NCBI GenBank assembly: GCA_943349945.1
Contig: CALQZS010000001.1
Coordinates: 130,803-194,802, forward strand
Length of the DNA: 64,000 nt
Direction of reading: 5' to 3'
Origin: Candidatus Nomurabacteria bacterium
GTDB taxonomy: Bacteria; Patescibacteriota; Minisyncoccia; Phycocordibacterales; SBAW01
Shown here piece by piece: positions 52,278 to 61,729 of the stretch; position 1 is the first letter of the stretch, and each line of letters starts with the position of its first letter. The position numbers were made by a program, and so were the translations under genes. Below the pieces are notes generated by a model. It did not search any database and was not told where the DNA came from. It saw only the letters and a program-made list of their open reading frames with translations.

Positions 52278-52718
52278 CTATGCTACCGAACCGCCCGCTG
52301 CTTCTATCTTTGTCTTTGCACTTGCCGACACCACACAGCCCGAGATGTTTAGTTTTTTGGCAAGCTCGCCATCGCCCAAGATCTTAACGACTGGTGCAGA
52401 TTTTTTCGGCGTACGCACCAACCCACGTTCTACCAAAACACTAGGAGTTATAGTATCACCTGCAGCGAATGCTGCATTAAGAGCCGCCACGTTTACTACC
52501 AATGGCTTGTTTTGGATACTTATCAAACCTTGGATACCACGACCACGGAGTTTAGGAATCTTCTTGAGCTGCTCGCGGATGTCTGGGCGGATAGAGTGGC
52601 CTGCGCGCGCCTTCTGACCCTTGGTGCCGCGACCCGAAGTCTTACCACGCCCACCACCGCGGCCCACGCGCTTTGCGGTTTTGTTTGGGGTTGCTCGTTT
52701 AAGTTCGTGAAGTTGCAT
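52278..52718 (-). CDS. rplO: 50S ribosomal protein L15
   Basis: KRVGRGGGRGKTSGRGTKGQ. Confidence 0.95.
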   Translation of the reverse strand: MQLHELKRATPNKTAKRVGRGGGRGKTSGRGTKGQKARAGHSIRPDIREQLKKIPKLRGRGIQGLISIQNKPLVVNVAALNAAFAAGDTITPSVLVERGLVRTPKKSAPVVKILGDGELAKKLNISGCVVSASAKTKIEAAGGSVA

Positions 52719-52727
52719 ATAAATTTT

Positions 52728-53360
52728 TTACGCCTTGAGTTTTTTAAGCGCCTCAATTGCTGCACGCGCGTTGTTGAGTCCGTTTTTACTGCCCGAGTGG
52801 ACTTTCGCAACCACGTTGGTTACACCCGCAAGCTCAAGCACTGGACGCACCGACGAACCTGCCACCAAACCGCGACCATGCGCTGGCATCATAGAGATGC
52901 GTGCGGCGCAGTACTTTGCCTCGGTTTCGTGTGTGATTGAGTTGTCCTTGGTAAGCGCCACAGTGATCATGTGCTTTTTTGCATCACGCACTGCTTTGTC
53001 TATAGCCAAGGTAGTGTCCCCTGCTTTGCCAAGACCCACACCTACTTTGCCTTTTTTGTTGCCGATAATAATCGCAACCGAGAAAGAGAAGCGGCGACCG
53101 CCGGCGACCACACGCGACACGCGACGGATGGTGATCATCTTTTGGTCAAACTCGCTGCGCGCACGTGGAGGGCGAGACGAGGCACGGTTTGGACGGCCAC
53201 CACGCTCGCCGCCGCGGCCACGCAAAGGGCGGTTTGCACCACGGCGGTCTTCTGGGGCTGCAGGTGCTGCAGGCACAGCCGCAGCCTCTGCCACAGCAGC
53301 AGGCTCCGCGGCAAGCGGTGCAGTCTCTTCGATTATGTCTTTTTCTGTTTCCATATGCAT
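52728..53360 (-). CDS. rpsE: 30S ribosomal protein S5 (Ala/Pro/Arg-rich N-terminal extension)
   Basis: RRVSRVVAGGRRFSF...GVGLGKA core. Confidence 0.95.
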   Translation of the reverse strand: MHMETEKDIIEETAPLAAEPAAVAEAAAVPAAPAAPEDRRGANRPLRGRGGERGGRPNRASSRPPRARSEFDQKMITIRRVSRVVAGGRRFSFSVAIIIGNKKGKVGVGLGKAGDTTLAIDKAVRDAKKHMITVALTKDNSITHETEAKYCAARISMMPAHGRGLVAGSSVRPVLELAGVTNVVAKVHSGSKNGLNNARAAIEALKKLKA

Positions 53361-53719
53361 TAAAATTTCAACCCGCCCTCTCGTGCTGCCTCTGCTACTG
53401 CTGCAACTCGGCCAGTATAGCGGAAACCGCCTCGGTCGAACACCACCGACTCAATACCTGCAGCTTTTGCCTTTTTGGCCAACTCCGCACCAAGCGCTTT
53501 TGCAGCTTCGCCTTTTTTTGCGGCCACCTTTGCACCTACCTCTTTGGTGCTGCCTGCTACCAAGGTTTTGCCTGCAGCGTCGTCGATAATTTGCGCATGA
53601 ACGTAGCGGTTAGACTTGTATACCGCCAAACGTGGGCGCGCTGCCGTACCCACCACGCTCTTGCGGATGCGGTTGTGTCGACGCTCTCGTCCTAATTGTT
53701 TTTTGCTTGCGGTATTCAT
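53360..53719 (-). CDS. rplR: 50S ribosomal protein L18
   Basis: [17 protein letters not shown]...[12 protein letters not shown]. Confidence 0.95.
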   Translation of the reverse strand: MNTASKKQLGRERRHNRIRKSVVGTAARPRLAVYKSNRYVHAQIIDDAAGKTLVAGSTKEVGAKVAAKKGEAAKALGAELAKKAKAAGIESVVFDRGGFRYTGRVAAVAEAAREGGLKF

Positions 53720-53725
53720 ACTAGT

Positions 53726-54259
53726 TTATGCGGTCTTTTTACCTTGTTTGCGGCGGATAACCTCGCCATCATAGCGGATGCCTTTACCTTTGTACGGCTC
53801 TGGTTTTTTGAGTGCGCGCACATTTGCAGCAAACTGCCCGACCATCTCTTTGTCAAAGCCCGAAATAGTAAGTGCGTTCTTCTCGGCAACCACGGTCAAT
53901 CCTTCTGGGATTGCCATAGTTACGGGGTGAGAAAACCCAAGAGACAAATTAAGTGTCTTGCCCGACACATCCCACTTAAAGCCCACACCTTCGACAATGA
54001 GCTTTTTTGCAAAACCCTCTGTAACCCCGTGCAACATGTTGCGCACGTGTGATGCGTAGGTGCCCAAGGCTGCACGCGCTTCGATAGAGGTGCCTTTAGG
54101 GCTCACCTGCACGCCTTCTGGAGTCACCTCGATAGCAATAAGGCGGTGACCACGCTTCTCTAGCGTGCCTTTAGGGCCTTTGACGCGGATGTCCCCTTCC
54201 GAAACGGTAATTTCGGCTTGTTTGGGAATTGCGATTGGTCGTTTTGCTAAGCGTGACAT
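53726..54259 (-). CDS. rplF: 50S ribosomal protein L6
   Basis: The start at 54259 gives MSRLAKRPIAIP; PEPYKGKGIRY motif. Confidence 0.95.
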   Translation of the reverse strand: MSRLAKRPIAIPKQAEITVSEGDIRVKGPKGTLEKRGHRLIAIEVTPEGVQVSPKGTSIEARAALGTYASHVRNMLHGVTEGFAKKLIVEGVGFKWDVSGKTLNLSLGFSHPVTMAIPEGLTVVAEKNALTISGFDKEMVGQFAANVRALKKPEPYKGKGIRYDGEVIRRKQGKKTA

Positions 54260-54266
54260 ATATTTT

Positions 54267-54656
54267 TTACCAAATTTCAAACAGGGCTTCTCCGCCAACG
54301 CGCTTTATCTGCGCCTCTTTGCCTGTGGCTATACCCGCTGGAGTCGAGAGCACCAACAGACCGTGGCCGCGCTTGACTGGGCGCACATCGCGCACACCCA
54401 TGTAGATGCGGCGAGATGGCTTGGAGATGCGCTTTACGCCTTGGATAGTTGGCTTGCCGTCTTTGTAGGCAAGGACCACAGACAACACGCCACCTTTTTT
54501 AGACTTTTTGTCGACCGAAGCGATGTAGCCTTCGCGCTCCAAGATTTCGGCTATCGCAAACTTCATTTGAGAAAACGGCAAAGAAACAGTCTCTTTGCCC
54601 GCGCGAGACGCGTTTTGGAGGCGGATTATAAAGTCTGAAATTGAGTCAGTTACCAT
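54267..54656 (-). CDS. rpsH: 30S ribosomal protein S8
   Basis: [13 protein letters not shown]...GGEALFEIW. Confidence 0.95.
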   Translation of the reverse strand: MVTDSISDFIIRLQNASRAGKETVSLPFSQMKFAIAEILEREGYIASVDKKSKKGGVLSVVLAYKDGKPTIQGVKRISKPSRRIYMGVRDVRPVKRGHGLLVLSTPAGIATGKEAQIKRVGGEALFEIW

Positions 54657-54835
54657 GATGATTTACGGACGCCCGGGATAAGCCCTTCGTTGGCTGCCTC
54701 GCGGAAGCAGGCGCGGCACATACCGAAGTCGCGCATAAAGGCGCGCTTACGGCCGCAGCGGAAACAACGACGAACAACACGCGAAGCGAACTTCGGTGTT
54801 TTGTTAGAGCGAGCTATAGTGGATTTTTTGGCCAT
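54650..54835 (-). CDS. rpsN: 30S ribosomal protein S14, Zn-ribbon type
   Basis: The start at 54835 gives [10 protein letters not shown]; CFRCGR...CRAC zinc ribbon. Confidence 0.9.
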   Translation of the reverse strand: MAKKSTIARSNKTPKFASRVVRRCFRCGRKRAFMRDFGMCRACFREAANEGLIPGVRKSSW

Positions 54836-55007
54836 TATTGAATGGTTACTCCCCATGCCTTGGGAGTTACGATTCTGTCGGTTTGCCTCGCCTTGCGACT
54901 AAGCGGCACCTAACAGAAAAAAGGAGCCCTATGGGGCTAGAGGGATACTAGCACAGCCCCCCTTGGGGTGCAAGCAAAGGGCCAAAAACGCCTAGCTTAG
55001 GAGGATA

Positions 55008-55035
55008 ATTGACAAAGCTGTGCGTAATGCTATAA
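55008..55035 (+). promoter_or_regulatory. Near-consensus promoter TTGACA-16 nt-TATAAT for the rlpA-like gene
   Basis: ttgacaaagctgtgcgtaatgctataat. Confidence 0.65.
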
Positions 55036-55101
55036 TTAATAAAAGAGGAGGCGTGCGGCGAAATACTCGCATCTTCCCCACCACTGCAAGGACGTCGGTT
55101 A

Positions 55102-55521
55102 ATGAAGTCTGTACTAGTACTTATCGCTTTTGCACTGGCCACGCTACCCAGCCTCGCTAGGGCAGCATGTCCACTACAAGAGGGAGTACTGGTTGCGCGT
55201 GCAACCTACTACAACCTGCCGGGCAAACAGATGGCCAATGGCCGCAAGTTTGACCCAAAAAACAGTGCCATGGCAGCAACTCCAAAGAATTTCTTTCCTT
55301 TGGGGACAGTGCTGCTTGTCACCAACCCGTCGACCAGCAAATCTATCATTGTCCGCGTGACTGATAGGATGCCAAAAATACAGAGGTGGCGCATGCCCCC
55401 AAAAGCACAGCACATTACAACCAAGCAACGTCTAGACTTAACGCCACGCGGCGCGGACATCTTAGGGTTTTACCCGACCCAAGGTGTCGCCTGCGTCGAA
55501 GTCCGACCCCTTAGGGGGTAA
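55102..55521 (+). CDS. rlpA: RlpA-like (DPBB) secreted protein
   Basis: Signal peptide MKSVLVLIAFALATLPSLARAAC, then ATYYNLPGKQMANGRKF...VVRVTDR DPBB motifs. Confidence 0.8.
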   Translation: MKSVLVLIAFALATLPSLARAACPLQEGVLVARATYYNLPGKQMANGRKFDPKNSAMAATPKNFFPLGTVLLVTNPSTSKSIIVRVTDRMPKIQRWRMPPKAQHITTKQRLDLTPRGADILGFYPTQGVACVEVRPLRG

Positions 55522-55523
55522 TT

Positions 55524-55556
55524 AAAAAGCCGTCGCAATTGCGACGGCTTTTCCCT
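55524..55556. terminator. Bidirectional terminator
   Basis: AAAAA-GCCGTCGCAATTGCGACGGC-TTTT, a perfect 20-nt palindrome. Confidence 0.85.
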
Positions 55557-55582
55557 TTAAATACATAGGCCGGGCCTATGTA

Positions 55583-56122
55583 TTATTTTTTGAATGGGAG
55601 CCCCAAGTGCGCCAAGTAGGCGTGCGCTTGTTTTTTGCCTTTTGCAGTAGTAACGATAGTTACCGCCATGCCGAATACGTCCTTAAGCTCTTCGTCTGCA
55701 GTCTCGGGGAACACTGAGTGCTCGCGGATACCTAGGGTGTAGTTGCCCATCTCGTCGATTGCGGTTGCAGAGATGCCTTTAAAGTCTTTGGTGCGAGGAA
55801 GTGCCACGTGTATGAGGCGGTTAAGGAAGTCTTGTGCGCGTTTACCGCGGAGTGTTACTTGGTAGCCTACGCGGTCGCCGATACGTGTCTTGTAGGTAGC
55901 GATGGACTTCTTTGCACCGCGAGTCACCGGCTTTTGGCCAGTAATGGTTGCAAGACGCTTTGCCACCAGCTCGACTTTTTGCTTGTCCTTTGCCATCTTA
56001 CCCACACCCACAGAGACAACCACCTTGGCTACCTTAGGTACTTGCATGACGTTCTTCCACCCAAAGTCGGCTTTGAGCGCATCAAATGTTGTTTTTTGCT
56101 GTTCTTGTAAAAGGTTTGCCAT
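55583..56122 (-). CDS. rplE: 50S ribosomal protein L5
   Basis: Canonical L5 sequence and position. Confidence 0.95.
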   Translation of the reverse strand: MANLLQEQQKTTFDALKADFGWKNVMQVPKVAKVVVSVGVGKMAKDKQKVELVAKRLATITGQKPVTRGAKKSIATYKTRIGDRVGYQVTLRGKRAQDFLNRLIHVALPRTKDFKGISATAIDEMGNYTLGIREHSVFPETADEELKDVFGMAVTIVTTAKGKKQAHAYLAHLGLPFKK

Positions 56123-56125
56123 ATA

Positions 56126-56410
56126 CTATTTTGTCTTAGCCGCTTTCTTACTGCCTGCCTGCGCAGACAGGCGCTCTTTGTGTGCTGCTGCGAGCATGAC
56201 CTTGCTTGCGCTGATAGGGTGCTGCTTGTCTATCACTTGGCCCTGCTGTCCTTCGCGACGAGGCTTTTGGTGCTTTTTGCGCATCCCTACCCCCTCCACA
56301 AGCACCATGCCAGTTTTTGGAAATACTTCCGTAACCTTGCCGGTCTTGCCCTTTTCGTTGCCCGAAAGGACGACCACCGCATCACCTTTTTTAATGTGTA
56401 GAGTATTCAT
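56126..56410 (-). CDS. rplX: 50S ribosomal protein L24
   Basis: IKKGDAVVVLSGNEKGKTGKV KOW motif. Confidence 0.95.
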   Translation of the reverse strand: MNTLHIKKGDAVVVLSGNEKGKTGKVTEVFPKTGMVLVEGVGMRKKHQKPRREGQQGQVIDKQHPISASKVMLAAAHKERLSAQAGSKKAAKTK

Positions 56411-56421
56411 ATTGGTATGCG

Positions 56422-56802
56422 TTACACGACTTCTGGTGCGCGAGAGATAATAGTCTGGTAACCAAGCTCTTGCAGCTCGCGAGGTATTGGGCCAAAGATG
56501 CGACCTGCCTTTGGCTCTTTAGGACCCTTGCCGGTACCTTCGATAATAACCACGGCATTGTCGTCGAAGCGCAAGTACGAACCGTCTTTGCGACGAAATG
56601 GCTTGCGCTGGCGCACCACCACAGCCTTAAGCACGTCTTTTTTCTTGACCGCTTTGCGAGGCTCTGCAGTCTGCACAGACAACACCACTATCTCGCCTAT
56701 CTCTGCGTAGCGTTTCTTAGAACTTCCGGGAATCTTGAAAATGCGTCCAATCTTGGCGCCTGAGTTATCTGTAACTACAACGAGTGAGCGATCTTGAATC
56801 AT
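56422..56802 (-). CDS. rplN: 50S ribosomal protein L14
   Basis: MIQDRSLVVVTDNSGAK. Confidence 0.95.
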   Translation of the reverse strand: MIQDRSLVVVTDNSGAKIGRIFKIPGSSKKRYAEIGEIVVLSVQTAEPRKAVKKKDVLKAVVVRQRKPFRRKDGSYLRFDDNAVVIIEGTGKGPKEPKAGRIFGPIPRELQELGYQTIISRAPEVV

Positions 56803-56808
56803 ATAATT

Positions 56809-57054
56809 TTATGCAAACACAATTTCAAACGACTTACGCTTGGACAGCGGGCGGCACGAGCGGATGGTCACCTTCTCCCCTTCCTTGGCACGGTTGCCCG
56901 GGTTGTGCGCGTGGTATCGCTTGGTCTGGCGCATGTACTTTTTGTACTTAGGGTGCTTCACATAGCGCATCACCGACACCACAGCAGTATCCTGCATCTT
57001 GTCAGATACCACAGTGCCTTGGAGTGTTTTTTTGTTTGGGGTAGTTTTTTCCAT
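56809..57054 (-). CDS. rpsQ: 30S ribosomal protein S17
   Basis: LQGTVVSDKMQDTAVV...HPKYKKY. Confidence 0.95.
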   Translation of the reverse strand: MEKTTPNKKTLQGTVVSDKMQDTAVVSVMRYVKHPKYKKYMRQTKRYHAHNPGNRAKEGEKVTIRSCRPLSKRKSFEIVFA

Positions 57055-57055
57055 A

Positions 57056-57256
57056 TTACTTTGTGTCGACTGGGCGCAGCTGCAGCTCGGTCAAGCCTCG
57101 CGCAATGGTTTTGCGGAGAGTCCGAGCAAGCTTCACATTGCGATTTTTACTCCCTGCGACGGAAAAACGCAAGGTGCGCAGTTCTTCACGCTTGGCAGCA
57201 ACCAAGGTTTGTATGTCTTGTGGAGTATGCTTTTTGAGTGTTGTTTTTTTAGTCAT
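57056..57256 (-). CDS. rpmC: 50S ribosomal protein L29
   Basis: The start at 57256 gives MTKKTTLKKHTPQDIQTLVAAKREELRTLRF. Confidence 0.9.
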   Translation of the reverse strand: MTKKTTLKKHTPQDIQTLVAAKREELRTLRFSVAGSKNRNVKLARTLRKTIARGLTELQLRPVDTK

Positions 57257-57263
57257 GATGGTA

Positions 57264-57689
57264 TTAGTGGCCCGAGCGAGAAACAACTTTAGCCTTAAGT
57301 GGCAGCTTTTTAGCCGCACCTACAAGCGCTTTGGTAGCCACCGCGTCAGATACGCCGTCCACCTCGAACAAAACGCGGCCTGGCCAAATGTCTACCTCGT
57401 AGCCCACTGGGTCGCCCTTGCCTTTGCCGAGCTTAACCTCTGGAGGCTTCTGGGTAAAGGGCTTGTCTGGGAAGATGCGCACCCATGACTTGCCGGTTTT
57501 GCCCAAGTTGCGGGCAATAACCTTGCGGGCGCTCTCTATCTGGTTAGACCGCAAACGTGCGTGTGTTACCGCCTTGAGCGCATGGCTACCGAAGGCCACC
57601 GTAATACCACGAGACGCCACCATGTCTCGCTTGGGGTTGCGGCGCATAGTGTGCCATTTTCTAAATTTTACTTTTTTGGGGAATAACAT
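57264..57689 (-). CDS. rplP: 50S ribosomal protein L16
   Basis: MLFPKKVKFRKWH. Confidence 0.95.
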   Translation of the reverse strand: MLFPKKVKFRKWHTMRRNPKRDMVASRGITVAFGSHALKAVTHARLRSNQIESARKVIARNLGKTGKSWVRIFPDKPFTQKPPEVKLGKGKGDPVGYEVDIWPGRVLFEVDGVSDAVATKALVGAAKKLPLKAKVVSRSGH

Positions 57690-57706
57690 ACGGTTTTATA
57701 GATCGC

Positions 57707-58375
57707 TTACTCGTCCTTGCTGCCGGCAGCAAATACCTCGCCGCGGTAGATCCACACCTTGATGCCTATAACACCAAGCGGTAGGTTTGCGCGCTCGCGA
57801 GCATAGTCGATGTCTGAGCGGAAGGTTTGTAGCGGGATGCGGCCTTTCTTGAGCTCTTCTTTGCGTGACATAGAGCCGCCGCCGAGCATACCGCCCAAAG
57901 AGATACGCACACCCTTAACGTCGCGGTTTGCCATCACTTTTTCGATAGTCTGCTTGAGCACGCGGCGGAAAGGCATACGCTTTTCAAGCCCTTCGGCCAC
58001 CATGTAGGCCACAATAGCGGCGTTACTCTCGGGCGAGCGGATCTCTTCGATATCAAGCTTGATTTCCGGAGTTGGAAGTTTGCGTTTTGTAAGAAAAGAG
58101 ACGATTTTGTTTTTGAGCTTGAGTGAGCCCTCGCCTGAGCGGCCGATGATGAGGCCCGGGCGAGAGGTTTGTATCATGATGCGGAGTGTTTTTTCATTGC
58201 GCTCTATCTCGATGCCGCCAATGTGCATACCGCGAAGGTCTTTTTGCAAAAATTCACGGAGCAGGATGTCTGCTTTGAGATTCTGTTGGTACTTCTCGCC
58301 CACCGCAAACCAGCGATGACGCCAGTCACGCAAAATTCCTAAACGGTGTGCAAATGGGTGTACGATTTTAGACAT
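57707..58375 (-). CDS. rpsC: 30S ribosomal protein S3
   Basis: KH domain and C-terminal S3 core. Confidence 0.95.
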   Translation of the reverse strand: MSKIVHPFAHRLGILRDWRHRWFAVGEKYQQNLKADILLREFLQKDLRGMHIGGIEIERNEKTLRIMIQTSRPGLIIGRSGEGSLKLKNKIVSFLTKRKLPTPEIKLDIEEIRSPESNAAIVAYMVAEGLEKRMPFRRVLKQTIEKVMANRDVKGVRISLGGMLGGGSMSRKEELKKGRIPLQTFRSDIDYARERANLPLGVIGIKVWIYRGEVFAAGSKDE

Positions 58376-58379
58376 AATA

Positions 58380-58760
58380 TTATTTATCCTCCTCTGGCTG
58401 TGCCACAGAGGTTTTTGCTGCTTTTTTAGGCGCCTTTGGCCCTACGGTCAAAGTGATTTTGCTGCTCTTTTTGCGGATAGCCGATGCGCGACCGCGTGCG
58501 CGAGGCATCGAACGACGAAACACTACCCCACTGTTTACCTCGATAGTGGAGATAACCAGGTTTCGTGCGCCGCCCTCTATCCCAGCGTTTGCAACTGCAG
58601 ACTGGATGAGTTTTGCCATAGGCTCTGCGGCGCGCTTGGGCAAAGCAGAAAGCAGCGCGAGTGCGTGCTCCGCAGTTTTACCACGAACCAAGTCAGCAAC
58701 CAAGCGCACCTTGCGGGGCGACTGACGGTAGTTTTGAAGTGATGCGGTTGCGGTTGCCAT
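58380..58760 (-). CDS. rplV: 50S ribosomal protein L22
   Basis: YRQSPRKVRLVADLVRGK. Confidence 0.95.
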   Translation of the reverse strand: MATATASLQNYRQSPRKVRLVADLVRGKTAEHALALLSALPKRAAEPMAKLIQSAVANAGIEGGARNLVISTIEVNSGVVFRRSMPRARGRASAIRKKSSKITLTVGPKAPKKAAKTSVAQPEEDK

Positions 58761-58763
58761 AAA

Positions 58764-59120
58764 TTATTTCTTCTTTGCAGCGTCCTTGGTGCTTGCGGCA
58801 GCCTTGGCAGCCTGGGCTGAAGCAATTTCAGACTCCTTGGCCTTTTGCTCCATCTCTTTCTGCATTTTACCGCCGTGACGTACGAACTTCTTGGTAGGAG
58901 AAAATTCGCCCAAACGGTGGCCTACCATGTCTTCCGATACCAAGACCTCGACGTGTACGCGGCCGTTGTAGACCCCAAATTTAAAGCCAACCATCTCTGG
59001 GGCAATCTGGGAGCGGCGTGCCCACGTCTTAATAACCGCTGCGGTTTGCGGCTTTTGCCCCTCAAGCTTTTTGAGGAGTTTTTCATCTACGTATGGGCCT
59101 TTTTTGAGACTGCGTGCCAT
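58764..59120 (-). CDS. rpsS: 30S ribosomal protein S19 (Lys/Ala-rich C-terminal tail)
   Basis: The start at 59120 gives [18 protein letters not shown]. Confidence 0.9.
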   Translation of the reverse strand: MARSLKKGPYVDEKLLKKLEGQKPQTAAVIKTWARRSQIAPEMVGFKFGVYNGRVHVEVLVSEDMVGHRLGEFSPTKKFVRHGGKMQKEMEQKAKESEIASAQAAKAAASTKDAAKKK

Positions 59121-59226
59121 GTTTTCGAAAATAAAACCCGCCAAGCGGGATTGGTGAGATAGTACAGGAAAGGGATTGAAGAGTCAACTAAAATGCAAAA
59201 CCCGGCTTTTTGCCGGGTTTTGTTTG

Positions 59227-60075
59227 TTACTGCTTCTTGCTTCGTTTGCCAACTTTGCGACGAGAGACGATAAGGTAGTTTGAATATTTCTTTGGAGAAC
59301 GGGTTTTTTGGCCCTTGCCCGATGGCTTACCCCAAAGGGTCTTTGCCCGGCGGAGACCGCGGCCCTGGCGGCCTTCACCGCCGCCGTGTGGGTGGTCTAC
59401 AGGGTTCATAGCGGTACCGCGCACAGTAGGGCGGATGCCCTTCCAGCGCGAGCGTCCTGCCTTGCCGAGTGTCACCAAGTGATGCTCGTCGTTGGACACC
59501 TCGCCCACTGTTGCCCAGCAAGTCTCCAACACTTTGCGTACCTCGCTGGATGGCATTTTGAGGTCTACATAGCCATTGTCGCGGGCAATAACCTCGATGT
59601 GTGTACCTGCCGAACGGCCAAGCTTGCCGCCGTTGCCGGGCTTGAGCTCGACGTTGTAGACAAAGCCACCGATAGGGATATTTTTAAGCTGTGTGCGGTT
59701 GCCGGGTGCAATTGGCGCATCCTCTGCAGTCACAATAGTGCTGCCGGCAATAACGGTGCCCGGGAGCAGTGCGTAGCGGCGCTCGCCGTCTTTGTAGAGC
59801 AAGAGGCCGATAAAGCCCGAGCGGTTTGGATCGTATTCGACAGTCTCCACAACTGCTGGGACGAGTTTTTTGTATGTAAAGTCTACCGCACGGTAGAGGC
59901 GTTTGTGTCCGCCGCCTTTGTGGCGCACGGTGATGCGGCCCGCGTTGTTGCGGCCCATGTAGCGTTTGCCGCCCTGGGTAAGGGCTTTGTGCGGCTCTGA
60001 CGCAGTCAGCTTGTCTTTAAAGCTGATGGTCGTCATGTGCCGACGTGATTTTGTGTATGGTTTGTATTTTTTCAT
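59227..60075 (-). CDS. rplB: 50S ribosomal protein L2
   Basis: GRNNAGRITVRHKGGGHKR...HPHGGGEG. Confidence 0.95.
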   Translation of the reverse strand: MKKYKPYTKSRRHMTTISFKDKLTASEPHKALTQGGKRYMGRNNAGRITVRHKGGGHKRLYRAVDFTYKKLVPAVVETVEYDPNRSGFIGLLLYKDGERRYALLPGTVIAGSTIVTAEDAPIAPGNRTQLKNIPIGGFVYNVELKPGNGGKLGRSAGTHIEVIARDNGYVDLKMPSSEVRKVLETCWATVGEVSNDEHHLVTLGKAGRSRWKGIRPTVRGTAMNPVDHPHGGGEGRQGRGLRRAKTLWGKPSGKGQKTRSPKKYSNYLIVSRRKVGKRSKKQ

Positions 60076-60082
60076 ACGATTA

Positions 60083-60370
60083 TTACACTACTTCAATAGT
60101 CTCTCCTTTTTTGAGGTAGACGTAGGCTTTTTTGCCACCAGCAGTTTGCCCCATGCGGTTACTCCCGCGTGCGCGCACCTGTTTGCGAGGCAAAGTAACC
60201 ATGCGCACCAGACGAGGCATCACCTTGTACAGTTCATGTACTGCTGCAGCCACCTCAAACTTGTTTGCGCCAGGAGCTACGTTAAATACGTACGCACCTT
60301 GTGCAGACAGGTAGGCACCCTTTTCGGTAATGCGTGGCGAGAGGATAATTTTTCCAGTGTGTTTTTGCAT
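60083..60370 (-). CDS. rplW: 50S ribosomal protein L23
   Basis: Position and a typical L23 sequence. Confidence 0.9.
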   Translation of the reverse strand: MQKHTGKIILSPRITEKGAYLSAQGAYVFNVAPGANKFEVAAAVHELYKVMPRLVRMVTLPRKQVRARGSNRMGQTAGGKKAYVYLKKGETIEVV

Positions 60371-60374
60371 AGTA

Positions 60375-61088
60375 TTATTGCGCCTTTACTATCTTTTTCT
60401 TCGACAGCGTCTCAAACGCAGCCTCAGGGTTGGCGATGATGAGGTACTTGGTGGAAAGGACGCTGAGTGGGTTTAGGTTACGCACCTCTTCCACCACTAC
60501 GTTACCGATGTTACCAAAGCTCTTCATGGTTGGGATATGTGCTACTGGCAAGGCCAGCAATGCTGCGTTGCGCTTTTTGTCGAGCGCAAACCCTGCCTTA
60601 GACAAGCCATGCATGATGTTTTTTGCCTGTGCAGTCTTTGGCACCTCAAGTTCGAGAGAGTCAACAAAAATAATCTCTCCGTCTTTTGCTTTGCGCGACA
60701 ACACCACGAGCAATGCCTTTTGGCGTGCCTGGCGGTTTATCTTTTGTGCGTAAATCTTTTCGTTGCGAGGACCGTGTGTCATACCGCCGCCCTTCCAAAT
60801 TGGAGAACGTGATGAACCATGGCGGGCACGGCCGGTGCCTTTTTGCTTCCAAGGCTTTTTGCCGCCGCCTTGCACCTCGCCACGGTCTTTGGTGTGCGCA
60901 ATAGGGCCGCGTGCATTTGCCTGCATCGCAGTGGTGGTCAAGTGCACCAAGTCAGCATTCCAAGGAAGGCCGAAGATGCTCTCGGGCAAGTCCACTGTCC
61001 CCTTCTGTACACCAGCACTGGTGTACAGTGGCGCTTGAAGCGCACCTGTAGGCATTTTTTCTTTTTTTGTTTTAGTAGTCTTTTCCAT
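60375..61088 (-). CDS. rplD: 50S ribosomal protein L4
   Basis: GGGKKPWKQKGTGRARHGS. Confidence 0.95.
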   Translation of the reverse strand: MEKTTKTKKEKMPTGALQAPLYTSAGVQKGTVDLPESIFGLPWNADLVHLTTTAMQANARGPIAHTKDRGEVQGGGKKPWKQKGTGRARHGSSRSPIWKGGGMTHGPRNEKIYAQKINRQARQKALLVVLSRKAKDGEIIFVDSLELEVPKTAQAKNIMHGLSKAGFALDKKRNAALLALPVAHIPTMKSFGNIGNVVVEEVRNLNPLSVLSTKYLIIANPEAAFETLSKKKIVKAQ

Positions 61089-61102
61089 AAAAATATTCTG
61101 GT

Positions 61103-61729
61103 CTAGCCACGCACTTCGACAAGCGTGCCTGGGCGACCAGGTATTGCCCCCGCTATCACCAGCTCGTTTGTGCCAGGATGCACCTGCAGCACACGCAAAT
61201 TGCGCACTGTTACTTTGTCGCTACCCATGCGGCCTGCCATGCGCATACCCTTGGCCACACGACCGCCGGCACGACCACCGCCGCCGCCGATAGAACCAGG
61301 CGAGCGCTCGGAGTGCTTTTGACCGTGGGAGCGTGGGCCGCCGTGGAATCCATGGCGCTTTATAACACCTTGGAAGCCTTTACCTTTGGAGGTTGCCGAC
61401 ACCGTAACGGTGTCCCCTTCTGCAAAAGCCGACACATCGACTGTTGCACCTGCTTCAACGCCTGCAGGCAGTTGACCGTCGCGCTGGCGCATTTCTTTAA
61501 AGTGTTTGAGCGCTTTGCCCTTAGCGTGGCCAAGCTGTGCTTTGTTGACACGGACGTCTTTTGTTTCGACTGCGCCAATTTGCACCGCGTTGTAGCCGTC
61601 TTTTTCGACTGTTTTGACTTGAGTCACCAAAACGGGTGCTGCCACCACCACGGTTGCAGCAAAAGCCCGGCCGTCTTCTGTAAAGACGGTCGTCATTTTA
61701 CCTTTTGTGCCAAGTATAAATTTAACCAT
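61103..61729 (-). CDS. rplC: 50S ribosomal protein L3
   Basis: The start at 61729 gives MVKFILGTKGKMTTVF; FQGVIKRHGF motif. Confidence 0.9.
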   Translation of the reverse strand: MVKFILGTKGKMTTVFTEDGRAFAATVVVAAPVLVTQVKTVEKDGYNAVQIGAVETKDVRVNKAQLGHAKGKALKHFKEMRQRDGQLPAGVEAGATVDVSAFAEGDTVTVSATSKGKGFQGVIKRHGFHGGPRSHGQKHSERSPGSIGGGGGRAGGRVAKGMRMAGRMGSDKVTVRNLRVLQVHPGTNELVIAGAIPGRPGTLVEVRG

